Origin: a virus
Lineage: Duplodnaviria; Caudoviricetes
IMG/VR virus record: IMGVR_UViG_3300031260_000055
Span: 1-46,242 of that record
Length of the DNA stretch: 46,242 nt
Direction: 5' to 3' (one strand)
Positions 1-8,597 of this stretch are shown piece by piece. A program made the translations under genes and the position numbers. Numbering within the stretch: the first letter of the stretch is position 1; each line of letters opens with the position of its first letter. The notes under the pieces are model-generated. The model was given only the letters and a program-made list of their open reading frames with translations, ran no database searches and was not told where the DNA came from.

Positions 1-141
1 CGCTATGTTTAAGTTGCGGACACGAAGATTCAATGATTCTGGATGTTAATGTGCCAGATGGGGAAACAATAAAAGGAGTTTGCCCTAGTTGCGGTAATAA
101 CCATTGTATCTTTATACTTCCGCCCCATAAGCAGCCTAATA
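1..141. repeat. Exact terminal direct repeat (left copy), circular-assembly overlap
   Basis: 1-141 is identical to 46102-46242; 141 matches a commonly used final assembly k-mer, so the unique genome is 46,101 bp. Confidence 0.97.
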
Positions 142-464
142 CCTATGAAATTACCGGAAAATTTACTGGACCATTTACTGGTGAAATAATGGATTTAGCT
201 GCCTTACTTGGGATTGAAGAGGAATTAAAGGAATCAACAGTAGCCTCCAAAATGTTACATGAATTTATGGGCGAATTGATGGTTAAAACATCTATTCCTG
301 CCGTTATGACTGCTTATTTCCTAGAACTGGGAATAATATTAAATTGGACAGAAGAACAGCATGGAAAGGCTGGAGTAAGGGCAGTTATTGAGTCAATAGC
401 TGATGTTCTCAACTCAGCGGGTTATCCAACCGTAATATCCAATGAAAAAGAAGATAAAAGGTGA
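33..464 (+). CDS. Zn-ribbon protein; true start at 46083 across the circular join (~160 aa)
   Basis: ATG at 46083 reads MSKERNTLCLSCGHEDS in frame into MILDVNV..., giving CxxC...CPSC; GGAGG SD upstream. Confidence 0.8.
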   Translation: MILDVNVPDGETIKGVCPSCGNNHCIFILPPHKQPNTYEITGKFTGPFTGEIMDLAALLGIEEELKESTVASKMLHEFMGELMVKTSIPAVMTAYFLELGIILNWTEEQHGKAGVRAVIESIADVLNSAGYPTVISNEKEDKR

Positions 465-469
465 TTTAA

Positions 470-1318
470 ATGAACGCATTTGTTAAAAACCTTCATGAAA
501 ATTTATCCGCACTTGAAGACCAGCTTATCTTTAGTCCGGATGAATTAAGGGAATATACGGAAAAGTGGAGGGCAGGGTTACATCGTTACAGTTTCCGCAA
601 CTATTTACTGGCAGTTATGCAATATCGGGAGGCGACAGTCCTAGCCGGGTACCGTAAATGGCAGGAGTTAGGCCGACAAGTAAAAAGGGGAGAGAAAGGG
701 ATTAAAATCCTTACTCCCCGTTTTTATAAGCAGAAAAATACAGAGGGGGATGAGGAGGAGTTAATCTACTTCCGCACCGGAACGGTTTTTGATATTAAGC
801 AAACCGGCGTTATCAGGGATTTTTCCACCCCGTGGGATGGGAAACATTACCGGATTATGGATGAGATAGACCAACATATCCCTATTGGAGGCAGCCAGAA
901 TGTAGTAAACTCCGGCGATTTTACCATCCAGTTAGCTATAAATCACTCTCCGTACCCGGTTAAGGTAATAGAGGATATTCAGTTTAGTGATGGCATGGCT
1001 GCTAAAGACCATATAACCATTGCTAGACGGACTAATCCTAATGAAATGATACCGGCTATCTTTCATGAGCAGGCTCACATCATTTTAGGCCATCACGGCT
1101 CGGATTTGCCTTCTAATGTGAAGGAAGTTGAAGCGGAGGCCGTTAGCTACATAGTTAGCAGTTATTTCGGGGTTAATAACCCTGACGCCGCTAAATACAT
1201 TCAGCACTGGAAGGGGGATAAATCCCTTTTAAAGGATAGAGGGTCAAAGATAATAGGTTGCAGTGAACATATAATCAAAGAATACGAAAAAAGCATGGAA
1301 CCAAAGGAGGATAATTAA
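470..1318 (+). CDS. ardC: ArdC-like antirestriction protein (ssDNA-binding N-domain + zincin HExxH metallopeptidase domain)
   Basis: YSFRNYLL...AGYRKWQELGRQVKRGEKGIKIL motif; FHEQAH...EVEAEAVSY C-domain. Confidence 0.85.
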   Translation: MNAFVKNLHENLSALEDQLIFSPDELREYTEKWRAGLHRYSFRNYLLAVMQYREATVLAGYRKWQELGRQVKRGEKGIKILTPRFYKQKNTEGDEEELIYFRTGTVFDIKQTGVIRDFSTPWDGKHYRIMDEIDQHIPIGGSQNVVNSGDFTIQLAINHSPYPVKVIEDIQFSDGMAAKDHITIARRTNPNEMIPAIFHEQAHIILGHHGSDLPSNVKEVEAEAVSYIVSSYFGVNNPDAAKYIQHWKGDKSLLKDRGSKIIGCSEHIIKEYEKSMEPKEDN

Positions 1319-1450
1319 ATGAAAGAAGTTGAAACCGTTATTAAGGTAAAGAGGGGCTTTAAAACCCATATTTCAAAAGCTACTTTAGAGGCCATCGGAG
1401 CCAAAGAGGGGAGCTTCATACAGGCTAAATTACGCCTGATTGAAGAATAA
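1319..1450 (+). CDS. Small AbrB/MazE/SpoVT-like DNA-binding protein (43 aa, not in ORF track)
   Basis: MKEVETVIKVKRGFKTHISKATLEAIGAKEGSFIQAKLRLIEE; swapped-hairpin pattern; ATG directly after ardC stop, GGAGG SD. Confidence 0.65.
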   Translation: MKEVETVIKVKRGFKTHISKATLEAIGAKEGSFIQAKLRLIEE

Positions 1451-1476
1451 ACTCCCTTATTTTCTTTTTCTATTTT
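1451..1476 (+). terminator. Oligo-T terminator between convergent units
   Basis: CTCCCTTATTTTCTTTTTCTATTTTT; similar CCCTTTATTTTTT tracts lie on the minus strand at ~9156-9171 and ~20370-20386. Confidence 0.55.
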
Positions 1477-2751
1477 TTAAGCACCAACATACTTATAAAT
1501 CACATTTCCATTACTATCTACTTTTACAGGCTTTAATCTGCCACTAAAATACTTATAGGGGCTTTTAGGATTTTTTGGAGTGTTCCAAATCTCTTGAACA
1601 TACTGGCTTAAGGTTTGATAAAGCCGTTCACTCCTCTTTTTATTAGAACCAGTATTAAACCCGGCGGCTTTGTAAAAGCGTACATTTCCCACTAGAAACT
1701 CAAGGTTATCTTTTATATCATCCCACGAAACCAACTTATTTGGCCTCTTCTTTGCTATTAGCAGGGCTTCGGCGAAATGGCCTTTGCTAACCTTGAAATT
1801 AGGGGGTGTTCCGCAGCAACAGCAGGAATCGCTTTGCTCTTTATGGTGAGCATCGCTGACATAAAATTTCATGCCTAATTTATGGCTTATTTCCCTCATA
1901 TCATTTATTATGGGAGTTTTCAGGTCATAGTTAAGCCTTAAGTACCCGGTTGTAGTGCTGTGCTTACGATAAAACTCTAAAATATCATATCCTGCCGCTT
2001 TACTTAGTTCTTCATATCTTTTAATCAGTTGTTCGTTGGCTCTTTGTTCAAGGCAAAAAAACTCTGTTGTTACGCTATCAGCACCCATATTATGGGCCTT
2101 TGTTATCAATTTAGGGTAATCATCACTAATTCCTATAATATATGGCCTTAAGCGAAGTGTTACATGTATTCCTTTATTAGCAAGGGTTTGTATAGCTTTT
2201 AATCTTTCCTTAACGGTTGGGCAGCCTCTGTCCACTTTGCGGCTTTTTAATTCATCATTAGTAATTATAGATACCTTAAAATGCCAATTATGCGGGTGTC
2301 TTTCAATTAAATCCATATATCTCTTGTCTTCCGTAAAGAAAACGCCTTTAGTCGAAATACTCAACGGATAATCGATTTTATCAAAGAATTTAAGAAGCTC
2401 AAGGCTTAATCCGTATTTTTCCTCATTTTTATCAAATGGATCGTTCATTCCGCCCCATTGCATCGTTGTTTTGCTACGAATATAAGGATAAAACTGGATA
2501 TCCACTTGATTTAGATCTGCGGGATTTCCCTTTAAGCTATTAGCAAACATATTTTTAATTCTATCCGTGTTCACGGCAGAGATTTTCCTTTCTAGGTATC
2601 CATTAACGCTATGGCTCTTTTGGAAGTATGCAAAGCAGTATAAACAGTTAAAGCTGCACCCGCTGTATGTGTCAAAGGTCATGGGCATACTGCAATCACA
2701 TATTTCACCGCTCCACCGTGGAGAGGTGTAGTTTAAGTTAGATAATGCCAT
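1477..2751 (-). CDS. Radical SAM enzyme (SplB/spore-photoproduct-lyase-like viral family)
   Basis: CSFNCLYC (CxxxCxxC), GGMNDPF, ISTKG, LRLRPYI; extra N-terminal CDC and C-terminal CCCCG. Confidence 0.88.
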   Translation of the reverse strand: MALSNLNYTSPRWSGEICDCSMPMTFDTYSGCSFNCLYCFAYFQKSHSVNGYLERKISAVNTDRIKNMFANSLKGNPADLNQVDIQFYPYIRSKTTMQWGGMNDPFDKNEEKYGLSLELLKFFDKIDYPLSISTKGVFFTEDKRYMDLIERHPHNWHFKVSIITNDELKSRKVDRGCPTVKERLKAIQTLANKGIHVTLRLRPYIIGISDDYPKLITKAHNMGADSVTTEFFCLEQRANEQLIKRYEELSKAAGYDILEFYRKHSTTTGYLRLNYDLKTPIINDMREISHKLGMKFYVSDAHHKEQSDSCCCCGTPPNFKVSKGHFAEALLIAKKRPNKLVSWDDIKDNLEFLVGNVRFYKAAGFNTGSNKKRSERLYQTLSQYVQEIWNTPKNPKSPYKYFSGRLKPVKVDSNGNVIYKYVGA

Positions 2752-3697
2752 ATTTTCTTATCCTCCTTAGCTGTTTTTTATGATGGGTGTTCCAGATGTT
2801 TAATGCTTTCTGGGTTAATTTAGGCGATTCATCTGGCATTTTAGGGAGTATTCCCTGCCTCATGCCACCCATCCAACTACAAACTTTGCATAATCCAAAG
2901 TTCCGGTTTTTATGGTATAATAAGTATCTCGCGGCGTTTAATCTAGTGTCGTTCATCCAGAAGTGTTCTAAATTACCTTGTTTTACTACATTCCATAGGA
3001 CGGTTTCCCCTTTCCAGTCCATACAGCATAATGGTATATCTCCATTGAAAAAAATCTCTAATCGGCGGAAAGGATGGATACAGCGGTTTGTTAATGGTTC
3101 TTTTATTGGTTCTATGCCGTATTTCTTTACTTTATCGTAATCTACATTATTTCCTTGGTTATGTAGCGTTCTGGTGATACTCTCCTTGTTTCTACTGCTC
3201 ACATCGTCAACTAATACCAGAGCTTTAGTTTTAGGGCCATGCCGATAATAGGGATTAAAGTCGTCTTCGTAGTAATCATAAACATTAAAGCCCTCAAATT
3301 TTTCCTTATATTTAAAATATGTTTTTCCATAAGCATCTACAAATAAGATGTTTCCTCCGGCCCTAAAAAATGATTCAGCTAGTTCTGGGGTAAGTTTTAT
3401 TCCATTTGTAATACATGTGATTTGAGTGTCTTTACAGTATCTCCGGAATAAGTGGGTTATTTTAAGAAAATCAGGGTTTAATGTAGGTTCTCCACGCATT
3501 CCATACTCTATCCGCATTGGATCAAAGACGCTATACTCTTTTGCTATTTTCCTAGCATCCGGCACAGTCATATACTTTATTTCCTTGGGAATGCTATGAA
3601 TCCCACAGAAATCACATCTCATATTGCATCCACGGGTTAGCTCCACATTAGCAGAGTTGGGAGCCAGTCTTATACCATTATTTGTAGTTTTAACCAT
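2738..3697 (-). CDS. Radical SAM protein with SPASM/twitch C-terminal domain
   Basis: VELTRGCNMRCDFC, RGEPTLNP, ITNG, then CIHPF...GDIPLCCMDW...CKVC. Confidence 0.9.
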   Translation of the reverse strand: MVKTTNNGIRLAPNSANVELTRGCNMRCDFCGIHSIPKEIKYMTVPDARKIAKEYSVFDPMRIEYGMRGEPTLNPDFLKITHLFRRYCKDTQITCITNGIKLTPELAESFFRAGGNILFVDAYGKTYFKYKEKFEGFNVYDYYEDDFNPYYRHGPKTKALVLVDDVSSRNKESITRTLHNQGNNVDYDKVKKYGIEPIKEPLTNRCIHPFRRLEIFFNGDIPLCCMDWKGETVLWNVVKQGNLEHFWMNDTRLNAARYLLYHKNRNFGLCKVCSWMGGMRQGILPKMPDESPKLTQKALNIWNTHHKKQLRRIRKYGII

Positions 3698-3707
3698 TGA
3701 ATCCCCT

Positions 3708-4448
3708 CTATTTTAGTGTATGCATTTTTTTAAGCAATATTTCGTTTTTTCGGGTTGGATTAGGCTTAACTAATTTACCATATTGCTTAATAAATCGTTT
3801 AAATACATTTTCCTGTTCCGTATCCCAGAAGTCTTTACATCCTCCTTTTGTTCTGTGTTTAGCGTTAGCTGTAACGAAATCAAACCGATAGGACGAACCA
3901 TAACGGTTTATATGCTCACAACTGAAAGCGTAATCTTCTTTAAGAGGATAATTGCTGTTAAAGCGTAAATTAGAATTAACAATGCCTATTACTGTGCCTT
4001 CAACTAAAGCTACATCTCTGATTACTTGTTTCATAAAAAAAGCATTGCTCACCGGGTAAACTCCAAATATTTTTCCTCCACGGCGGATAGCAACTTTGAA
4101 CATCTTTTCAAACAGTTTTTTAAATGTTTTACCGTCTAAAATTGGATTAAGCTTGTTTTTACCATCAATTACTTGGAGGGTGCTTATATTTTTTATGTCA
4201 TCATCAAACTGAACGATACAAGCATTTTTAGGAAAATAGTCAAGGATAGCGTTTCGATTATCAGATACATTGCTTCCTTCTCTGTAAATAATTGTTTTAA
4301 CCTTGTCCGCGTATTTTTGGTAGTTTTCGGCATCTTCTTTGTTTTGAACTGATAGGTAAACTTCATCAATGCCGAGGCTGCTTAAATAGTCTATTGTAAG
4401 CTGCTCATTGCTTCTATGGTAACTTGGAACCGTATAATATATTTTCAA
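3708..4448 (-). CDS. GT-A glycosyltransferase, GREB1-like/TET-associated (TAGT) family
   Basis: VPSYHRS, RNAILD, QFDDDI (DxD), KEDY, terminal KGGC; TTG start after AGGTGA SD. Confidence 0.75.
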   Translation of the reverse strand: MKIYYTVPSYHRSNEQLTIDYLSSLGIDEVYLSVQNKEDAENYQKYADKVKTIIYREGSNVSDNRNAILDYFPKNACIVQFDDDIKNISTLQVIDGKNKLNPILDGKTFKKLFEKMFKVAIRRGGKIFGVYPVSNAFFMKQVIRDVALVEGTVIGIVNSNLRFNSNYPLKEDYAFSCEHINRYGSSYRFDFVTANAKHRTKGGCKDFWDTEQENVFKRFIKQYGKLVKPNPTRKNEILLKKMHTLK

Positions 4449-4538
4449 GGTAAATCACCTAATAAAATTTATTGGAATTTAATTTTATAGGGGTGAAATT
4501 TTTAAAATAAAATATAATAGATGGATAAAGGGTTATTT

Positions 4539-5093
4539 TCATAATATCACATTTCTAATCAGTTTGAACCCTTCATAATGCCCATCTAAGTTGTGTTTGC
4601 TTCCTAAATACTGATTATACTGTTTAACATGGGATTCCCAGTCTTCTAGTTTGTTTACACTTAGAATCGCATATTTTTCTGGTTTTACTTTTCTAATAGT
4701 ATTTTCTTCAAATTGGTAGTAAGACCAGTATGGATATTCATAGATAGTGGAGTATTTACATTTATTTGGTCTTAATACTGCTCTCATTGCCATATTAACG
4801 CCGATATGGTCTTGGTGCTGGTATGGTGATGGAATAAGAACATTATCAAAGTTCTTATCCTTTATTTCTGCTTCAATTAGTTTTATAACGCTATTTAGGG
4901 AGTTAAGCACCCCTCTATCGGGTAAACCTAAGTTTACCCAGTTAAAACCGAATAATTCCTTTGCTTTGGTAGTCACTCCTTTGTTCTTGGTTTCTGTAAC
5001 CGTTATTACCGTGCTTTGTGGGTTTAAAAAGCTACTGCACCATAGAACCTCGTCATCTTGGTGAGGGGCGACTATTAGGTTTCTTTCGGTGAT
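4539..5093 (-). CDS. PIG-L/LmbE-family de-N-acetylase (extends upstream of the track start; probable ATC/ATT start)
   Basis: In-frame upstream LIVAPHQDDEVL plus downstream HQDH and YEYP; GGAGG at 5101-5105. Confidence 0.8.
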   Translation of the reverse strand: MTERNLIVAPHQDDEVLWCSSFLNPQSTVITVTETKNKGVTTKAKELFGFNWVNLGLPDRGVLNSLNSVIKLIEAEIKDKNFDNVLIPSPYQHQDHIGVNMAMRAVLRPNKCKYSTIYEYPYWSYYQFEENTIRKVKPEKYAILSVNKLEDWESHVKQYNQYLGSKHNLDGHYEGFKLIRNVIL

Positions 5094-5749
5094 AATGACT
5101 CCTCCAGTAAATCAGTATCAATTAATTTACCATCAATGAGCTTAGTTAAGCCTCTCACCTCGAAATCTTCATATCCAATGACTCTTAGGAACTTTTCGGC
5201 ATCTTCTTGTGTAGGGAACGATATATGAAGACTATAACTCCGGCCTACTGGTTTTCCTTCAATTCCACCCAAATCATCATCTTCATCTTCATCTTCTCCT
5301 GATTTTCCGGTTTCTGGTCCTGTTAAAAATCCGAAATCATCATCAACATTAATTGATTCAATTTCAACGGAATCAAACCCGGTTATAGTTGGATCGAAGC
5401 CTTCTGATTCAAGAGCCTCAAAATTAGTAGTTAATTTACCATAATTCCAGTCACTTTCGTCAGTTAATTTATTATCGGCAACCATATAAGCAATGGCTTC
5501 GGGTTCATCGTGCTTTCGGCGGGGTTCTAGGAATCTGTAAGGAACTTCTTTTAATCCTAGATTAATAGCCGCTTCAACAGCCCCATGCCCAGCCAGTATA
5601 TATAAATCATCACTAAGCACAATCGGCTTACCCCATCCGTTCGCTTTAATACTTGCCATAATTTTACTTATTTGCTCATCCGTATGCTCTCGTGCATTAT
5701 CAGGGTGAGCCTTAATCTCTGAGATTGCTATTTTACCAGATTCTTTCAT
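5075..5749 (-). CDS. ParB/Srx (ParBc) N-terminal domain protein with acidic linker and small C-domain
   Basis: HPDNAREH...IMASIKANGWGKPIVL...ILAGHG...ADNKL. Confidence 0.88.
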   Translation of the reverse strand: MKESGKIAISEIKAHPDNAREHTDEQISKIMASIKANGWGKPIVLSDDLYILAGHGAVEAAINLGLKEVPYRFLEPRRKHDEPEAIAYMVADNKLTDESDWNYGKLTTNFEALESEGFDPTITGFDSVEIESINVDDDFGFLTGPETGKSGEDEDEDDDLGGIEGKPVGRSYSLHISFPTQEDAEKFLRVIGYEDFEVRGLTKLIDGKLIDTDLLEESLSPKET

Positions 5750-6229
5750 GTCTTTCCCCTCGTAAAAATTTTTTTAGCAAAAATTATGCTGTAACTTTTA
5801 AGAATTATAGGGTTTGTAGTGGCTAGGCCCCTTAATATTATTGCCTTCGTTTACCATTTAATTAGTGGCATAGAAATTAAAAATGTAACCTAATTTAATA
5901 TAGAGTGGGTGGTATAATTTTAATGGTTTCGTGCCGTTTCATTGGATTACCTTCTAGCGGAACCATAATGGTTGGATTTACGGTTTCTATTGCCTTTATC
6001 AAGATTGATAAATGGGTAATTATAGCGTATTTGAGTATTTTAGGCATGCTATTATTGGGAATATGTGAAATTAAAAAGTATAATGTGAAATATCAGTTTT
6101 AATTGCTATTTCTCCGTGATTTAACAATTTTAAACTTGTTATTTAAGTATTTGTCCATTAGTTGATAGTCGTTTTTAGTAGGGCATGAAATAAAGCACAT
6201 ATAACCTGAATATCTCACATTTTTAGGTT

Positions 6230-6811
6230 TCATAATTGGTCTAAGCACTCTTCATATTTTTTAAGGGAAATCCAACCATTTTTATAAAGGTTTTTAACGA
6301 AATTCCTTAGATATTTCAATGTTGGTTCTATGTCGTTTGATAAGGCCATATCCCTACCTATTTCTATTATTTTCAAAGTTGGGTAGGAATCTGGGAACTT
6401 AATACACTCTATACCCGGCTCCATCATTCGATCATAATCACCACTATCCACCGGTTCATAGGTTTTTAAACCGGCTAAAAAGCTTTTAGATAATTCCCTA
6501 GCCCGTTTTTCTACCAATAATTCCACTTCTGTCTGTAAAATTTCAATATGTTCCTCCTCTTTTCGTTTTTTATACCAATCACCGGCTAAATATACTATCG
6601 CACCAGAAAGGATGGCTATTATTCCTACAAATGGGTAATGCTGATACCATCCGGGGTTTACCATTCCATTAAAGATTATAGCAACCCCGATAGATACAAA
6701 ACTTGTTCCTGTAACTGATTTAGCAAAACCAGAATATAATATAACCTTCCATAGGTCCATAGTGCCGTGCCAAGGTTTTCTTACCGATTCTTTCGCCATC
6801 ATAGATATCAT
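6230..6811 (-). CDS. Membrane protein, two TM helices plus cytoplasmic tail (holin/antiholin candidate)
   Basis: Two hydrophobic segments followed by a charged region. Confidence 0.55.
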   Translation of the reverse strand: MISMMAKESVRKPWHGTMDLWKVILYSGFAKSVTGTSFVSIGVAIIFNGMVNPGWYQHYPFVGIIAILSGAIVYLAGDWYKKRKEEEHIEILQTEVELLVEKRARELSKSFLAGLKTYEPVDSGDYDRMMEPGIECIKFPDSYPTLKIIEIGRDMALSNDIEPTLKYLRNFVKNLYKNGWISLKKYEECLDQL

Positions 6812-6882
6812 TGTAGTTCAATTGTCTTAAAAGCAAAATTATAAGGATTTTACCTTTAAGAAAGCGTTTAATCTGTTATAGT

Positions 6883-7125
6883 TTACGCAGCTTCGTCTTG
6901 TTTCACTTCGGCGGGAGTTTCTTCGGTCTTTTGCCCATATACTTTTACAACTTCCCTTAATCCCAGAAATAGCAACAATACAATTATTGAGATTAATTCC
7001 TGGTATGTCTGTGGGATAAAAGGCAAAATTGCGGCTATTATCCGGTCTTGCATTGCAACTACGCCCAATGCTACGGCTAAAAGGAATACATTTAGTATTC
7101 GATAGTTTCTGGGTATATCTACCAT
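6883..7125 (-). CDS. Putative holin (two TM helices, charged C-terminus)
   Basis: 80 aa, two hydrophobic helices, acidic tail; GGAGG SD. Confidence 0.6.
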   Translation of the reverse strand: MVDIPRNYRILNVFLLAVALGVVAMQDRIIAAILPFIPQTYQELISIIVLLLFLGLREVVKVYGQKTEETPAEVKQDEAA

Positions 7126-7185
7126 GTTTACGGCCTCCTAGTTGTTTTTAATCTACCTTAAATTATATTTTCTTATTTAAGGCAA

Positions 7186-7202
7186 GATATTTAATTTTTT
7201 CC
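7186..7202 (-). promoter_or_regulatory. Putative BRE/TATA promoter for the holin and modification genes
   Basis: Minus strand GGAAAAAATTAAATAT about 60 nt upstream of the ATG at 7125. Confidence 0.4.
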
Positions 7203-7445
7203 ATTAATTCCTACTGATGTAATTGGATTTTAGCTTATAATAATGAGTTAGGCCGGAAAAAAAGGGATTAAAAACCAAGAGGGGATTAATAGACTCAAGA
7301 ATGCCAGAGAACCCGCTGTTAAAGGCTGGATTTAATTTTTAAAGTTCTCCAACTTTCTTTCGTTTTTTTTACGCGTTTCCAACTCTTTTAATCCGGTCTA
7401 ATCATCCTCAACTGTATTAGATGAGCGTGAACCTTTTAATTTACT

Positions 7446-7586
7446 TTATTTAAACCTATTCCAATCACAACTGTTCCCTATCACTCTAGAGGGAACTTTA
7501 AATGGTTTATTACAACTAGGGCAGCGTTCTATTGTTTTCTTTACAAATAAAACAGAATTGCACTTGCATTTATACAAAAACCACAT
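7446..7586 (-). CDS. Small Zn-ribbon protein (46 aa, not in track)
   Basis: MWFLYKCKCNSVLFVKKTIERCPSCNKPF...; AGGTG SD 6 nt upstream. Confidence 0.65.
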   Translation of the reverse strand: MWFLYKCKCNSVLFVKKTIERCPSCNKPFKVPSRVIGNSCDWNRFK

Positions 7587-7624
7587 AATCAGCACCTTGT
7601 AAGTAATTAAAATAAAAATAGGAG

Positions 7625-7739
7625 ATGATACCCCTAAAAACCCTAAATGGGTGAGGAATCGGTAAAGAAAGAGCAGCCAGAACTTTCTTTACTGAAAATA
7701 GAGGGAAATTGGCAGACTCAGCAATTTTAGGGGTATCAT
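7625..7739. ncRNA. Candidate structured RNA or cruciform element
   Basis: Perfect 15-bp inverted repeat 7625-7639/7725-7739 enclosing a 13-bp stem 7659-7671/7683-7695 and a small hairpin 7640-7652. Confidence 0.45.
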
Positions 7740-7935
7740 AACGGGTAAACTTGATAATTTCAAACACTCCCCCATATTTTCATAATATTAAAGTGTTCTT
7801 TTACTAATTTATACTTATCCATACCATGTCCTGGTAAGGTCCATGATCCAATGCTTTTTCTTCAACTTCCTTTATTTTTTAATTTTTTCTGCATAGCTCT
7901 GTACTTTAAATCATCTTTAATCCACCAGATGGGTG

Positions 7936-8247
7936 TTATTTCATGATTGGTTTACCCTCTCCCACAGAACATGGCCTAAACTGCTTATTATACCCTATAA
8001 CATGGATTAATTCTAGTTCATCAATGAAATAATACTCAACTTGTTTTGATTTAAAAACAAAGCATTCTACAAGATACCTCTCTTCATAGAGGGTTTCTAA
8101 AATGCCAAATACTTGAACCCGCAAATATTTGCCATTTTTTAACCTCAGGACAATAGTTTTCCCAATAACTGTTTTCCATACAGTTAAAGGATTATTCCGT
8201 GGTTTAATAAACCACAGAAGCCGATAAAGCAAATTATTAACACTCAT
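7936..8247 (-). CDS. Hypothetical protein, possible Sm/LSm-like fold
   Basis: PLTVWKTVIGKTIVLRLKNGKYLRV resembles the Sm1 region. Confidence 0.5.
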   Translation of the reverse strand: MSVNNLLYRLLWFIKPRNNPLTVWKTVIGKTIVLRLKNGKYLRVQVFGILETLYEERYLVECFVFKSKQVEYYFIDELELIHVIGYNKQFRPCSVGEGKPIMK

Positions 8248-8549
8248 ACCTCTAATCCTCCCGTATTATAGTTAAAAACTGTTTCACACTTAATTTCAAT
8301 GGTTTCCCAGTGATATGTAAGGTGTCCGTGCTTTTTAAACCCACAAGCACCCGCAAAATTGTCATAATGCTCTAAAGTTGCCTGTTCGTGTACTATATGC
8401 AAATTAAGATATGGATCAACCTTTGATGTGACATAGGCATTATTACCGTATCCATCAATTAAAGCAACTTTGGCAATGTCAGCTATACTTCTAGCGTTAT
8501 TATACCATTTTTGGAACCATTCTTGGTATCTAACAAAATATATGCTCAT
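8244..8549 (-). CDS. Hypothetical protein
   Basis: GAGGT SD, ATGA overlap with the next gene. Confidence 0.7.
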   Translation of the reverse strand: MSIYFVRYQEWFQKWYNNARSIADIAKVALIDGYGNNAYVTSKVDPYLNLHIVHEQATLEHYDNFAGACGFKKHGHLTYHWETIEIKCETVFNYNTGGLEV

Positions 8550-8597
8550 TTTATTACCTCTCTGCTAAATCATAGGTGTCTGGGAGTCTTTCAAGCT

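Noticed and set aside
5075-5749. ParABS plasmid-prophage partition system
   Set aside because: No ParA ATPase and no evident HTH in this ParB; the context is modification enzymes
5905-6233. Small ORFs on both strands between ParB and the membrane genes
   Set aside because: No motif or clear SD; a 44-aa minus ORF from 6233 is possible but unsupported
7212-7221. TACTGATGTA shared with 20161-20170, ahead of both structured regions
   Set aside because: Shared 10-mers are expected by chance in 46 kb of AT-rich DNA; it is not a true box C or hammerhead core
7376-7410. Minus-strand GATGATTAGACCGGATTAAAAGAGTTGGAAAC as a solitary CRISPR repeat or mini-array
   Set aside because: Only a loose resemblance to methanogen repeats, single copy, no repeat-spacer periodicity
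7470-7540. Hairpins suggesting one continuous ~550-nt ncRNA across 7200-7740
   Set aside because: They fall inside a credible Zn-ribbon ORF (7446-7586, minus strand) with an SD
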